IMG/VR virus record: IMGVR_UViG_3300022848_000006
Strand: one strand, 5' to 3'
DNA length: 64,000 nt
Source: a virus
The notes beneath the pieces are model-generated. The model was not told the DNA's origin and searched no databases. It saw only the letters and a program-made list of their open reading frames with translations. Below are positions 1 through 9,189 of this stretch, piece by piece. Both the position numbers and the translations under genes were made by a program. Every line of letters begins with the position of its first letter. Within the stretch, counting starts at the first letter, position 1.

Positions 1-466
1 TTTTCTTTCGGATAGCAATGATCTGCTTACTAACTCCGACCTTCTCAGCTAGTTCTTTGATCGTTAGACCATTGAAGTATAGCTCTTCGATAACGTCACC
101 ATGTTTGATGCGTGAAATCTCATCTCTCATCTCGAAACTATCGATAGCGGCAGAATCAACACCAATGTTGTCGTGTATTGGCTCTTCTTGTTTCTTTCCT
201 ACCATCACAAACTTCACAGCCGTCTTGCACTCAAGCTGTACCCCTCGATAGAGAAAGCTTGTAAACTTGGGAGCCTCTTTCTTGTTGCGTCTGGGGGCCT
301 CCACGTCGTATCTGCTGAGTGCTTTCCACAACGCGGTAAGTTTGCACGATTCGATTTCGTCGTAGCTCAGTAGCCCAAAGAAACGCCTGGAGGCCTTGGC
401 CATGATCTTTTGATAGTCTTGATTTTCAATCGCCACAAGCATGTCGTCATTGCTAATATCATTCAT
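1..466 (-). CDS. Sigma-70/ECF-like RNA polymerase sigma factor (3' end runs off window; not in ORF track)
   Basis: Manual translation from ATG at 466: MNDISNDD...DEIESCKLTALWKALSRYD...KFTSFLYRGV...IEELYFNGLTIKEVAEKVGVSKQII; region-2-like and region-4 HTH-like segments. Confidence 0.6.
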   Translation of the reverse strand, partial: MNDISNDDMLVAIENQDYQKIMAKASRRFFGLLSYDEIESCKLTALWKALSRYDVEAPRRNKKEAPKFTSFLYRGVQLECKTAVKFVMVGKKQEEPIHDNIGVDSAAIDSFEMRDEISRIKHGDVIEELYFNGLTIKELAEKVGVSKQIIAIRKK

Positions 467-944
467 TGTTGGTAACTCCTAGATCCTGTTGTAGATTTGC
501 TCTAACGTCCTTTAGTGTGAATGCCTTGCCCAACCCGATGAGGAATCTATACTTGCTCAAAATTTCCAAGTACTCAATCCCTTCTGTCTTATTCAGCTTC
601 ATAACCAATTCATTAGTGATTGGAAAATTACAGTGTGCCAACCAGCACTCAAAGTTGGTTGTGAGTTTAATTCCCTCAAGTAAGTCCTCAGTAACTGGGA
701 ATTGCATTACTGCGTACTGCTCGTCGTTCTCTTGTTCTTCCTCGAACTCTTCTACAAAATCGTCCTTCTCTACCGCTTCTTTTGGTTTAATGAAGCTGCC
801 AGTCATCAATAACTTGGAGATACTAATATGCTTATTGACATAATGCTCAAACTTCTCCCACATGATAAACTTATCTTTACTCATTTCTGTCCCTCTTAGA
901 TAATTCCAATGGCGTGATGTAAGGATCGCCCATGTTAGATTCAA
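459..944 (-). CDS. Hypothetical protein (likely start MSKDK at 883)
   Basis: Coupled to neighbours on the coding strand. Confidence 0.55.
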   Translation of the reverse strand: MNLTWAILTSRHWNYLRGTEMSKDKFIMWEKFEHYVNKHISISKLLMTGSFIKPKEAVEKDDFVEEFEEEQENDEQYAVMQFPVTEDLLEGIKLTTNFECWLAHCNFPITNELVMKLNKTEGIEYLEILSKYRFLIGLGKAFTLKDVRANLQQDLGVTNNE

Positions 945-1338
945 ATTCTGCCTTCTGCTCTTCTATCTTCTGCATAAAGTATGCGAAATCCATTTCTCTG
1001 TCTGCTATCGCAAAGTCCTGTTGTACCTTGTTTAGCACTAGGTAAAAGAACTGTGGGTGAGACATTGGGGCGATTAGCTTAGCTAGAGACTCTAAGTTGT
1101 CTGTAGAAAAGTCGTCCACCTCTGTTGTCAGGTGCGGAGAGTCATTGTCTCCATTAAGAATTGAGTAGACAAAGGAAGCGTTAACAACCGGCTCATCTGC
1201 TGGTTCTTGCTCTTCTGAACAAATAGCTTCTACTCCCGGCTCTGTCTCTTCATCCGCAGCCTTTGCTGCCACAAGTTGTGCCTCTAGTTGTGCCTGTTCT
1301 ACTGCTGTCCTAAAAATCTCTAAAGCTGTCGATTGCAT
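877..1338 (-). CDS. Acidic hypothetical protein
   Basis: Operonic position. Confidence 0.5.
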   Translation of the reverse strand: MQSTALEIFRTAVEQAQLEAQLVAAKAADEETEPGVEAICSEEQEPADEPVVNASFVYSILNGDNDSPHLTTEVDDFSTDNLESLAKLIAPMSHPQFFYLVLNKVQQDFAIADREMDFAYFMQKIEEQKAEFESNMGDPYITPLELSKRDRNE

Positions 1339-2398
1339 CGATTATCTCCGTTGTTGTGTTTTTCCAAGTAAATTTCTTACCAGTGTTAATTCCTTCTATA
1401 TTTGTAGGCTTCTTTACGTGTACGTCTCGCATGTGTCTAGCAGTTTGCGTCACTTGCTCTGCTCCTAGCTTAGCCCATCGTCCCTGTCCGTGAAACCAAA
1501 TGTTGTCTACTGCTGTTTCAAGTTCATCAATCTCTACCAACAGGCTGTTGTCACTATTACAAAACTCTGTATGTCCTGAATAGTTAGTTGCTATCACGGG
1601 TTTTCCAAGTGACATCATTTCCAGAAGCTCAAGATTCCAACCTTCCGCCCTTGAAATAAATACACCACAATCCATCGAATTCATGGTTTTTAAAACTTCT
1701 TGATGCGAATCTACCCTAGGTAAGAATCGAACTTTGTGCCCCAGTTCTGACCCTAAGTACTTATTCTCCCAGGCTTTGTGTTGTTTGGCATTTAAGAAAG
1801 GATTAGTACACATCATGTGTAACTCTACGTCATCGTGATCCTTAAAAGCTAAGTTGAACGCTTCGATGACGGCGTCATGTCCCTTCCGAATCTCCCACTT
1901 GCCACAAGTAAAGAACTTAGTGGGGCCGCTGGTTGGTTTGCTCTCTATGTCGTAAGTTTGAACACCCAGGGGTATGACGCTAACTTTGTTGTCGCCGACC
2001 ATGTAAGAAGAGTTGTCAAGCTCTTTTAATATGATACTCTTGGCCCATCCTGAGCACACAAAGATGTGATCTAAATTACAAAGGTGATGCTTCTCTTGTT
2101 TCGTAAAAGTATCAAGTTCAAAGATAGGAAACCCAATCTTCTTGCCATTGCCAACAAACTGAGACATATCATGTTGATGCCAGAGTCTAATACAGGGGGC
2201 ATTGAAGTTGGGGGTTTTGGCTAGGTTGATTGAGTTTTGAATTGTCTCAAACCTACTCTTCACATCTTCCATCCTAATCTGACCAACAGGAAAGAGGGCG
2301 ACATCGTACTGCGTGAACCTGGACAACGCATGTAGAATGTTTTGCCCTACTTGCCCATACCCAAGCTGATTCATTGGGGCGATTAGATTAAGATCCAT
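1310..2398 (-). CDS. GT-B glycosyltransferase family 4
   Basis: GKWEIRKGHD, SRAEGWNLELLEMMSLGKPVIATNYSG (EX7E motif). Confidence 0.85.
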   Translation of the reverse strand: MDLNLIAPMNQLGYGQVGQNILHALSRFTQYDVALFPVGQIRMEDVKSRFETIQNSINLAKTPNFNAPCIRLWHQHDMSQFVGNGKKIGFPIFELDTFTKQEKHHLCNLDHIFVCSGWAKSIILKELDNSSYMVGDNKVSVIPLGVQTYDIESKPTSGPTKFFTCGKWEIRKGHDAVIEAFNLAFKDHDDVELHMMCTNPFLNAKQHKAWENKYLGSELGHKVRFLPRVDSHQEVLKTMNSMDCGVFISRAEGWNLELLEMMSLGKPVIATNYSGHTEFCNSDNSLLVEIDELETAVDNIWFHGQGRWAKLGAEQVTQTARHMRDVHVKKPTNIEGINTGKKFTWKNTTTEIIDAIDSFRDF

Positions 2399-2621
2399 TG
2401 ATTTCCTCGATTGTTAAGATGATGCCACCTCTCGTATCTGATAGAGACTCTTTTTGTATTTGAAGTTCCTCTATGCTTTCTTTTAGTAGCGAGATTTGTT
2501 CTTCTATGACCTGCTCAGCAAGACTGATGTCTTTCTTTGCATTTTCTAGGAACATTAGAGCCCTTTTCTTATTCATTGTTCGTCTTCTCCAAAGGGATTT
2601 GTGAATACTGGTGATCCGCAT
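2388..2621 (-). CDS. Small coiled-coil protein
   Basis: Heptad-rich, operonic. Confidence 0.45.
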   Translation of the reverse strand: MRITSIHKSLWRRRTMNKKRALMFLENAKKDISLAEQVIEEQISLLKESIEELQIQKESLSDTRGGIILTIEEINGS

Positions 2622-3543
2622 AGGAGACCACCATACTTGGATTGAAGAGAATGTCCCATCCTTTTTCTTTCATTTGCCTATGCAAAACTACGTGGTCTGC
2701 GTCTACTGATCTTGCGTCCCAGAGTTTAACGCCATAGTTAACATCTTTGAACGCTTCTTTCTTATAGAGCCCAAGGCCATTAAAGTTAGAATTCACAAAG
2801 GCAACATTGTCCCCAGGCTTCTGGTTGATAAAGTTGTATCTTCCAGTCTCATGCTTTGGCTGAGCCTTGTCCTCTCCGTGTGGTCTGAACACAAAGCAGT
2901 CATACATCAAGTACTTAGAAGGGTGAACCGCTTCTAATGGGTTTTTATTGATACAGTCGGCCAAAACTCCGTATGCCGTGACGGCACCGTTGGTCGGCCT
3001 ATTCTCAAGGACCGCCAGGGCGTGCAGGAAGCCATTGTAAGACCATCCGCCCCATAGGTCGAGATCTAACACACACACGAAGTCAGCGTCGTGATACTCG
3101 ATCTCAGATAGGTACATGTTGCGACAGTCTGCTAGGACTTTACACCTGTTGTAATGTACAGGGTCTTCGCCAGCTTGCAACATTGTGTCGTAGTTTTTGT
3201 CACTACGTGTGTCGGAAATATAGTCTAGTTTTTCCGACCTGTACCTTTTGAGAATATCCACGGTATCGTCGGTGGAATCGTTCTCATAGATAAAGATATG
3301 GTGATCTTTGAAGTATTGGGCTGTGTACTGCATCCTTAGGATGTTACGTTCTAGCCTATCGCCAACGTTGCGACAGATGCCGCAGAAAAGAATCTTCTTA
3401 CCTTTTGCTATTTGGTATCCAGCACTAACGGTCTTCTTGTAAAGTTCCTCGTCGTTGATTTCAAATAGCTGATCTGGAAACATTAGTCCTTTGTTCATAC
3501 TCACTCCAGTCGTCAAACGACAGAAGGCTACGGTGTTACCCAT
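2569..3543 (-). CDS. GT-A glycosyltransferase, CAP59/GT2-like (likely start MNKGL at 3498)
   Basis: IFIYENDSTDDT, LADCRN, VLDLD (DxD), VNSNFNGLGLY, DADH. Confidence 0.7.
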   Translation of the reverse strand: MGNTVAFCRLTTGVSMNKGLMFPDQLFEINDEELYKKTVSAGYQIAKGKKILFCGICRNVGDRLERNILRMQYTAQYFKDHHIFIYENDSTDDTVDILKRYRSEKLDYISDTRSDKNYDTMLQAGEDPVHYNRCKVLADCRNMYLSEIEYHDADFVCVLDLDLWGGWSYNGFLHALAVLENRPTNGAVTAYGVLADCINKNPLEAVHPSKYLMYDCFVFRPHGEDKAQPKHETGRYNFINQKPGDNVAFVNSNFNGLGLYKKEAFKDVNYGVKLWDARSVDADHVVLHRQMKEKGWDILFNPSMVVSYADHQYSQIPLEKTNNE

Positions 3544-3574
3544 AACCTATCGACGTTTAGTTTGTTTTTTAAGT

Positions 3575-3958
3575 CTAGCTCTTTGAGTACACCACGGTGA
3601 TGAACTGCTCAACGCTGTCTATCTTTTGAGATCCTAAGATTGAAGCGGCTGTTTTCTTAGAAGAGGCTGACTTCTCGCCAAGAACAACAAGGGCTTGGAC
3701 ACAGTCCTCATAAAGAGGGTGGTCTTTGCCACTAGGTGCTGGCTTAGCTTTGACTTTTAGCCTTGGCTTTTCTGTCTTAACCTGTAGGGCTAATCGAGGA
3801 TTAGCCTTTGGCCTGACTACACGCCGAGGGGTTGGACTTATTGTCGCAATCTCGATCATGTAGTCTTTACTTGGTCGCTGTACCTCCTGATCCCCAAAAA
3901 TCCACTTGGAGACCAAGAGAATAACGAAAAGGCAAGAAAATAGGAAAATACCAATCAT
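3575..3958 (-). CDS. Membrane-anchored protein with RuvA C-terminal-like helical domain
   Basis: N-terminal TM; DCVQALVVLGEKSASSKK. Confidence 0.45.
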   Translation of the reverse strand: MIGIFLFSCLFVILLVSKWIFGDQEVQRPSKDYMIEIATISPTPRRVVRPKANPRLALQVKTEKPRLKVKAKPAPSGKDHPLYEDCVQALVVLGEKSASSKKTAASILGSQKIDSVEQFITVVYSKS

Positions 3959-4221
3959 GGTCTGTCTTTCGGGTTTGAGTTGCCCCCATTATACAGCACG
4001 ATCCATTCTTGTCAACCCCTAAAATTACCCTCTTACCGTTTTTATTGCACAACGGATCGAGCAGAAGAGCATTCTTCCGTTCTTGCTCTCGTGACACTCG
4101 AAGCACTTATCAAAGATAAGACTGTAGTTCAGGTTGGCTAAGGCCTTTAACTGGCCCCAGACTTCTTTCATCTTTTCCATAGGATATCTCCATGTTAGAG
4201 TAGTTACTACTCTATTATACC

Positions 4222-4602
4222 CTATTTCTCGCTCTGCTTCTTAGCCTCTAGCCACCCAGCCTTCCACTCTCTCGCCCTAAAGCGAAGTAGTGGAGACTTT
4301 TTAATCGAATCTCCAGCTTCAAAAGCTTTGTATCCCTTCGCGAAGTCACTAGAGTAATTCTTTAGAATACCCATCTCAACTTCGTGAAGCTTACCAAAGC
4401 CGTCACAGCGAGGGCAGTGGACTGATTCCTTCTCTATGTCTATCAGACCATCGCCGCAGCACTCTGGACACTCTACCATCCCTAATTGAATAGGAACTGG
4501 AACTGGGACCACCTCTGTATCCGACTGGTTCGCAGGGTTGCAACCAGTCAACATAAGAGCCATGAGTAACATCAATAGGATTTTCTTCATTGTCTTCTCC
4601 AT
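4222..4602 (-). CDS. Putative lipoprotein with CxxCxGxG zinc finger
   Basis: Lipobox-like LMLTGC; CPECCGDG/CPRCDGFG; C-terminal WKAGW. Confidence 0.5.
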   Translation of the reverse strand: MEKTMKKILLMLLMALMLTGCNPANQSDTEVVPVPVPIQLGMVECPECCGDGLIDIEKESVHCPRCDGFGKLHEVEMGILKNYSSDFAKGYKAFEAGDSIKKSPLLRFRAREWKAGWLEAKKQSEK

Positions 4603-4695
4603 ATATGGAAGTTATTGCTAAATCAACACATCTTTCCTTATAGTAGCGAGAAGACTCTAAAGCGGTCCACTTGCCATCCTCATAAACCTGGACCA

Positions 4696-5019
4696 TTACT
4701 CTGCCGGGGCTGCGTTCTTAGGTCCAAGCTGGATATCATTGGCGATGACAGAAACAGAGTCACGCTTGACTCCATCCTTCTCATAAGTGTCAATGTCCAA
4801 CCGTCCAGTGACGCCGATCAACTTACCCTTCGTAAGATGCTCAGCCAGGACTTCCGCCTGTCTACCGAAAACCACGACGTTCAAGAACATAGTCTTATCC
4901 TCTTTTCGTCTGTCATTGACGGCCAATCTAAAGTTACAAATTTGAGTCCCCGTTTGGGTCTCCTTTAGCTCTGAGTCAGCGGTCAATCTTCCGGTCAGTG
5001 TTACAACATTCAAATTCAT
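4696..5019 (-). CDS. ssb: Single-stranded DNA-binding protein (no acidic tail)
   Basis: MNLNVVTLTGRLTADSELK...NFRLAVN...VVVFGRQAE...KGKLIGVTGRL. Confidence 0.9.
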   Translation of the reverse strand: MNLNVVTLTGRLTADSELKETQTGTQICNFRLAVNDRRKEDKTMFLNVVVFGRQAEVLAEHLTKGKLIGVTGRLDIDTYEKDGVKRDSVSVIANDIQLGPKNAAPAE

Positions 5020-5537
5020 TTCAATTTCCTCATTTCGGATACTGGTACTACAAAGTTGTTAGGCAGACGTTGCCCATACTTTTTCTCTTTCTTCTTCTTG
5101 TCAAACATATAACGTGTTATAGTTCCAAGAATTTCTACTTCCTTATTCTTCATGTCGAACCTAGCAAGAACGTACTTGTTAGGAACTTTCCTTTCCTCGT
5201 ACTCTTTTTGGGTGATTTTTAATTCAGGTTCACCATAACCCATATAGGTGATTGTTTTGACCTCAATGCCTTTGAAGTCTTCACCACCGTCTCTCACATC
5301 GTAGATTTCTTCATCTGCTGACTCACCACTATACTGAGACCAAGCGTATTCGCCTACTAGTCCAAGGAAGTGAGGCATGTATTGTTTGTCGATCTTGAAC
5401 AAATCCTCGAAAGACTCGTCCTTGTCTTTTGGCATGATACGACCCTTGTTTCTAAACGAAGAGTGCTTAGCGTCATGACGCTTCTTAGCTAGATCAAAAA
5501 GATACTTCAATTCAGCTTTCTTTAGTTTGATCTTCAT
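5016..5537 (-). CDS. PD-(D/E)xK nuclease-like protein
   Basis: GLVGEYA...DGGEDFKGIEVKT. Confidence 0.5.
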   Translation of the reverse strand: MKIKLKKAELKYLFDLAKKRHDAKHSSFRNKGRIMPKDKDESFEDLFKIDKQYMPHFLGLVGEYAWSQYSGESADEEIYDVRDGGEDFKGIEVKTITYMGYGEPELKITQKEYEERKVPNKYVLARFDMKNKEVEILGTITRYMFDKKKKEKKYGQRLPNNFVVPVSEMRKLK

Positions 5538-5900
5538 TAGCTATCACTACCTCCCTACAAATGTTGATAAATTCTTCGTCAGTCTTATTATTTTTCATCT
5601 TGTTAATATCCTTATCTACCCATTGAACATTATCCTTAGTATACCCTTTATTAGAGTCTATTCTATCTAAGGAAGCATTTCCTCTTTTAGTTCTATCTTT
5701 CTGATACCCCTTTGAGTGAAATCTTAGTGCTTTCTTGCTTAATTTGCAAAATCCGTCAAAAATAGACTCTAAATAGTCTATTGATACATCAAACAGAATG
5801 TTTCTTTTGATGGCGTTTTGCTTTATACTGTTTATGAATGACTGGGGTATTAAGTTTCCTTTGACTATGTACTTGGAAATAAATCCATTTTTATGTTTGC
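5512..5900 (-). pseudogene. HNH-like homing endonuclease without a start codon, overlapping dCMP deaminase 3' end
   Basis: Manual translation: AIKRNILFDVSIDYLE...ASLDRIDSNKGYTKDNVQWVDKDINKMK; upstream in-frame TAA, no ATG. Confidence 0.7.
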
Positions 5901-6398
5901 CTGCTCGAAAATCTCTGATGCCTGCTTAAAAGAATCTTGCCATCTTTCAACATCACTTTCATAGGAAACCACGCGAACAACAGAAAATCCCCTGATAACC
6001 TTAGCACAAGCCCCGCAGGGCTGGAACGGCCAAGTGTAAATGGTTAGGTCGGACAAGTTGGCGTTACCAAGATGATAGAGGGCATTTTCTTCTGCGTGTG
6101 TGATGTGTTGTATTTTGAAATCTCTGTTTTCTATCTTTGAATCGTCAAAACCCCTAGGAAAACCATTATATCCAGTGGATAAAACCCTGTTCTCAGAAGT
6201 AACCACTGCCCCAACTTTTGTGCTGGGGTCTTTTGACCAAGTACTAACCTCTTTAGCAAGCTTTAAAAATCTAAGATCCCACTTCTTTTGTCTTGTGGCT
6301 ACTTCTTTTTTCATTGCCAAGACCTTATCAGCTAACGCCCCCTTCATGCTTCTCCTCCACAGTCTTCTCGTTGGATGTCGTCTGACAATTCTGTCCAA
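5865..6398 (-). CDS. dCMP deaminase (likely start near 6347)
   Basis: SKDPSTKVGAV, STGYNGFP, HAEENAL, PCGAC. Confidence 0.88.
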   Translation of the reverse strand: MDRIVRRHPTRRLWRRSMKGALADKVLAMKKEVATRQKKWDLRFLKLAKEVSTWSKDPSTKVGAVVTSENRVLSTGYNGFPRGFDDSKIENRDFKIQHITHAEENALYHLGNANLSDLTIYTWPFQPCGACAKVIRGFSVVRVVSYESDVERWQDSFKQASEIFEQANIKMDLFPST

Positions 6399-6691
6399 TA
6401 TATTTCATAAACAACAGACTTGTCATCACACCCTATAAATCTGTGATACTCACCAGGAGGAACAGAACAAGAGTCTCCAGCAATCATCGACGTGTCATCT
6501 ACCAAGTCGTATTCATTCTTCCACCTTCTAAGCAAAATTTGTCCAGACTCAACAAAAAACATATTGTGCGTATGTAGGTGACTATGCTTAGAACACTGAT
6601 AGCCTCCATCTATAACGACTCTGCTGATCTTTACGTTGTTCTTGTTGAACAGGTCACAGGTTTTACCCCAGATCTTTCCTTCTATTAGCAT
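6344..6691 (-). CDS. Cupin-domain protein
   Basis: KIWGK, CSKHSHLHTHNMFFVESG, VPPGEYHRF. Confidence 0.7.
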   Translation of the reverse strand: MLIEGKIWGKTCDLFNKNNVKISRVVIDGGYQCSKHSHLHTHNMFFVESGQILLRRWKNEYDLVDDTSMIAGDSCSVPPGEYHRFIGCDDKSVVYEIYWTELSDDIQREDCGGEA

Positions 6692-7206
6692 TTTGTCTCC
6701 GTCAGGTATAGCACTTGATTTTCGTGAATAGGAATAGACCTAGCGACAACCAGACCTCTTTTTTCTATAAAGCTAAACCAGTCTTCAAAGTTTTTTTTGT
6801 TTATGTGTAGATCAACCCCTTCGTACTCACTTACGCTGTTGTTAATAGAAATTGCTTGTCTACCTACTCTGCGAAAATTTTCAAAGAGACCCTCTAAATC
6901 TTCGTCTAAGAGGTGCTCTATGACATCAATACAAACAACAGACCGAAAATCCGTCAACTCTATTGGTTTTGTAATATCAGCAATCACCATTTTACTACCA
7001 AGGTCTATCTGGTCATACCCTTTACAGTCTAGTTCTTTTTCTCTAAGAGCTAGGACTGTATGCCCTCTACCGCAACCAAGGTCTGCCACTGGAGCAATTA
7101 GGTAATCAATATAGTAGGGGATGAGCCTTACGCCTGGACAGCGGCCAACATTCGCATTGCCGTACCAAGAGGACTCTTCATAGATCTTTTGATAGTCATA
7201 AATCAT
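6685..7206 (-). CDS. Class I SAM-dependent methyltransferase
   Basis: ADLGCGRG, VCIDVIEHL. Confidence 0.8.
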   Translation of the reverse strand: MIYDYQKIYEESSWYGNANVGRCPGVRLIPYYIDYLIAPVADLGCGRGHTVLALREKELDCKGYDQIDLGSKMVIADITKPIELTDFRSVVCIDVIEHLLDEDLEGLFENFRRVGRQAISINNSVSEYEGVDLHINKKNFEDWFSFIEKRGLVVARSIPIHENQVLYLTETKC

Positions 7207-7865
7207 AAGGCAAATAGCTCGAAGCGTCTCATTTTAACTGGGTTAACATTGATAACTTGGATGTGTGGATAGTGTTGTGTCAGCCACTTCTCCATCAAGG
7301 TCCAAGACTCTAAAATTTTGTTTGAATGATTTATAACCCAAGGGGGCACAGTCTCAGTATGGAAGCTACCACGAGTATAATCACAGTCTTGACCGACTAG
7401 GTAGATTCTTTGAACCCCAGAGTATGCAGCAAACTGTATCATTTCAAAGGTAATGCTGTAACAATCATACAGAGGGGGTATCTCTTCAACAGCGAGGGGC
7501 AACAAGCAAGAAGGATTAAAAAGACAAGGATAATAGACGCCGTCTAGTCCCTTGGGTATCTTACGAAACGTAGCCTTATAAAGAGGGTCTCTGTAGAAGT
7601 TCTGTCTCGTGGCTTTGTATGCTTTGTACTTATTAGGATCAGAATTGTAACCTCTTCTCTTGTTTCCGGCATCTCCGATGAAATAATAATCCATTCTCCT
7701 AGGGAAGTGGATAATCTCATTACATCCGATAGTAATTTTGTCGTGAAGTAATAAGCCAAGAACCTTCTCAGACAATCCATTTATTGAAGGGCCGGAGCCC
7801 ATAACTACAGCCTCCTGCCCGTAGTGTTCATATTTGTAGTCTTCAAGCTTCATAGTTGTGAGCAA
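7203..7865 (-). CDS. DUF115/Maf-like glycan-related protein
   Basis: AVVMGSGPSI, TIGCNE, IYLVGQDC. Confidence 0.6.
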   Translation of the reverse strand: MLTTMKLEDYKYEHYGQEAVVMGSGPSINGLSEKVLGLLLHDKITIGCNEIIHFPRRMDYYFIGDAGNKRRGYNSDPNKYKAYKATRQNFYRDPLYKATFRKIPKGLDGVYYPCLFNPSCLLPLAVEEIPPLYDCYSITFEMIQFAAYSGVQRIYLVGQDCDYTRGSFHTETVPPWVINHSNKILESWTLMEKWLTQHYPHIQVINVNPVKMRRFELFAL

Positions 7866-8562
7866 CCTTATTGTAAGCTTCCCGCATTAGTCTTTGTCTT
7901 TTTGGCTTATCTAGTTGGTAGTTATTGCCAGTAAAGTGCCAAACAAAAGAGCTATTAAGATAAGAAGTATCTCCTTCTTCATAGTTGAACCCCAGCATGT
8001 CGTTCCAGATTTTTGGCAAGTAGTTGATACCTGTTCCAATTTCTTTCCAAGCGAGAATGTTGAGAGGCGTCTGCTCCCAAGAGCTAGTATTATGCTTCTG
8101 CGAATACTCGAAGAAGCTTCTTAACTGAGATCTTAGTCTCCAATATTGGTGATTATCTATCACCATGACGCCAGCGTTGAAATAGTTCTCTGGAGGCATA
8201 TCTACATGGAAGTGCTTCCTCCACTGATTGAGATGCGGGATAGCACCGTAGTTCAAGGGAGAAGAGTCTTTGACAACATTGATGCTTGAAGTAGCGACCT
8301 CGAAAATGTTAGGGGCGTTCCACCTAACCATCGTATCTGCATCTACGATCAAAAGCTTGCTGTCTCGATCCATAGCTCCTAACCATTGGCAGTGCCAGGG
8401 ATACCAAGAGCCATTCACATCTTTGCCAACTCTTTCGTCTCTTTCTGTTTGGACCTGTAGATGAACACCGATCCTATCAGCATATCTCTTCCACGTTTCG
8501 ATCCCTAGAGGAAAATCTTCTGCAAACCCGTCTAGGGCCGAAATGTAGATAATGTTAGCCAT
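7843..8562 (-). CDS. GT8-like glycosyltransferase
   Basis: IVDAD, YFNAGVMV, EQTPLN, WN, HFTG. Confidence 0.7.
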   Translation of the reverse strand: MANIIYISALDGFAEDFPLGIETWKRYADRIGVHLQVQTERDERVGKDVNGSWYPWHCQWLGAMDRDSKLLIVDADTMVRWNAPNIFEVATSSINVVKDSSPLNYGAIPHLNQWRKHFHVDMPPENYFNAGVMVIDNHQYWRLRSQLRSFFEYSQKHNTSSWEQTPLNILAWKEIGTGINYLPKIWNDMLGFNYEEGDTSYLNSSFVWHFTGNNYQLDKPKRQRLMREAYNKVAHNYEA

Positions 8563-8779
8563 TGATTCCTAAGTCCTTGTAAGCTTCTTCTTTATTAGCG
8601 TATTTCTTAATCGTCTTCCAGTAACTAGAGTCAGACTTAAACCATCCGCTCTTTTGGTACTCAAAGACCCAAAGTGTGGCACCACTTCTCGAAGCCGTGA
8701 TGAGGGCAGCTTTGCCATCCGCATCCCCAGACCAAGTAATAGTGCCCCACATGCCATTGTCGTGTTCGGTAATTCTCAT
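8555..8779 (-). CDS. Hypothetical protein
   Basis: RBS, operonic. Confidence 0.45.
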   Translation of the reverse strand: MRITEHDNGMWGTITWSGDADGKAALITASRSGATLWVFEYQKSGWFKSDSSYWKTIKKYANKEEAYKDLGING

Positions 8780-8839
8780 GATAAATCTCCATTAGTGTAG
8801 TAAGTTACCTAAGTAATTATACACTTTTATCGAAGACAA

Positions 8840-9133
8840 TTAACAACTTGATGGCCACGCATACCCATCGCTGCCATTGTCGAGTGCAGCCTCTAATGCG
8901 GCATCCAAAATCAAATGAATAGGAGTGGTCCCATCCTCTTGCTCTTCCGTTAATTCCTTAACAACGTCTTTTGCCAACGACACCTCATCTGCAACTCGTA
9001 CATAAGGCAGATCTCTGTCATCCTTCATACTTGGAATGTGTTGCACCATCCATGCAAGATGTGTCTTGCCAACCCTTATAACTATTTCACCACTGTCTTC
9101 TTCATAGAAGCATTCAACCATTTTACTTGACAT
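8840..9133 (-). CDS. Hypothetical protein
   Basis: Coding-strand ORF. Confidence 0.5.
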   Translation of the reverse strand: MSSKMVECFYEEDSGEIVIRVGKTHLAWMVQHIPSMKDDRDLPYVRVADEVSLAKDVVKELTEEQEDGTTPIHLILDAALEAALDNGSDGYAWPSSC

Positions 9134-9189
9134 AAGAATATTTTTTACCCCTTACTTTCCATTATCTGATGACTATCACTAGATTATTC

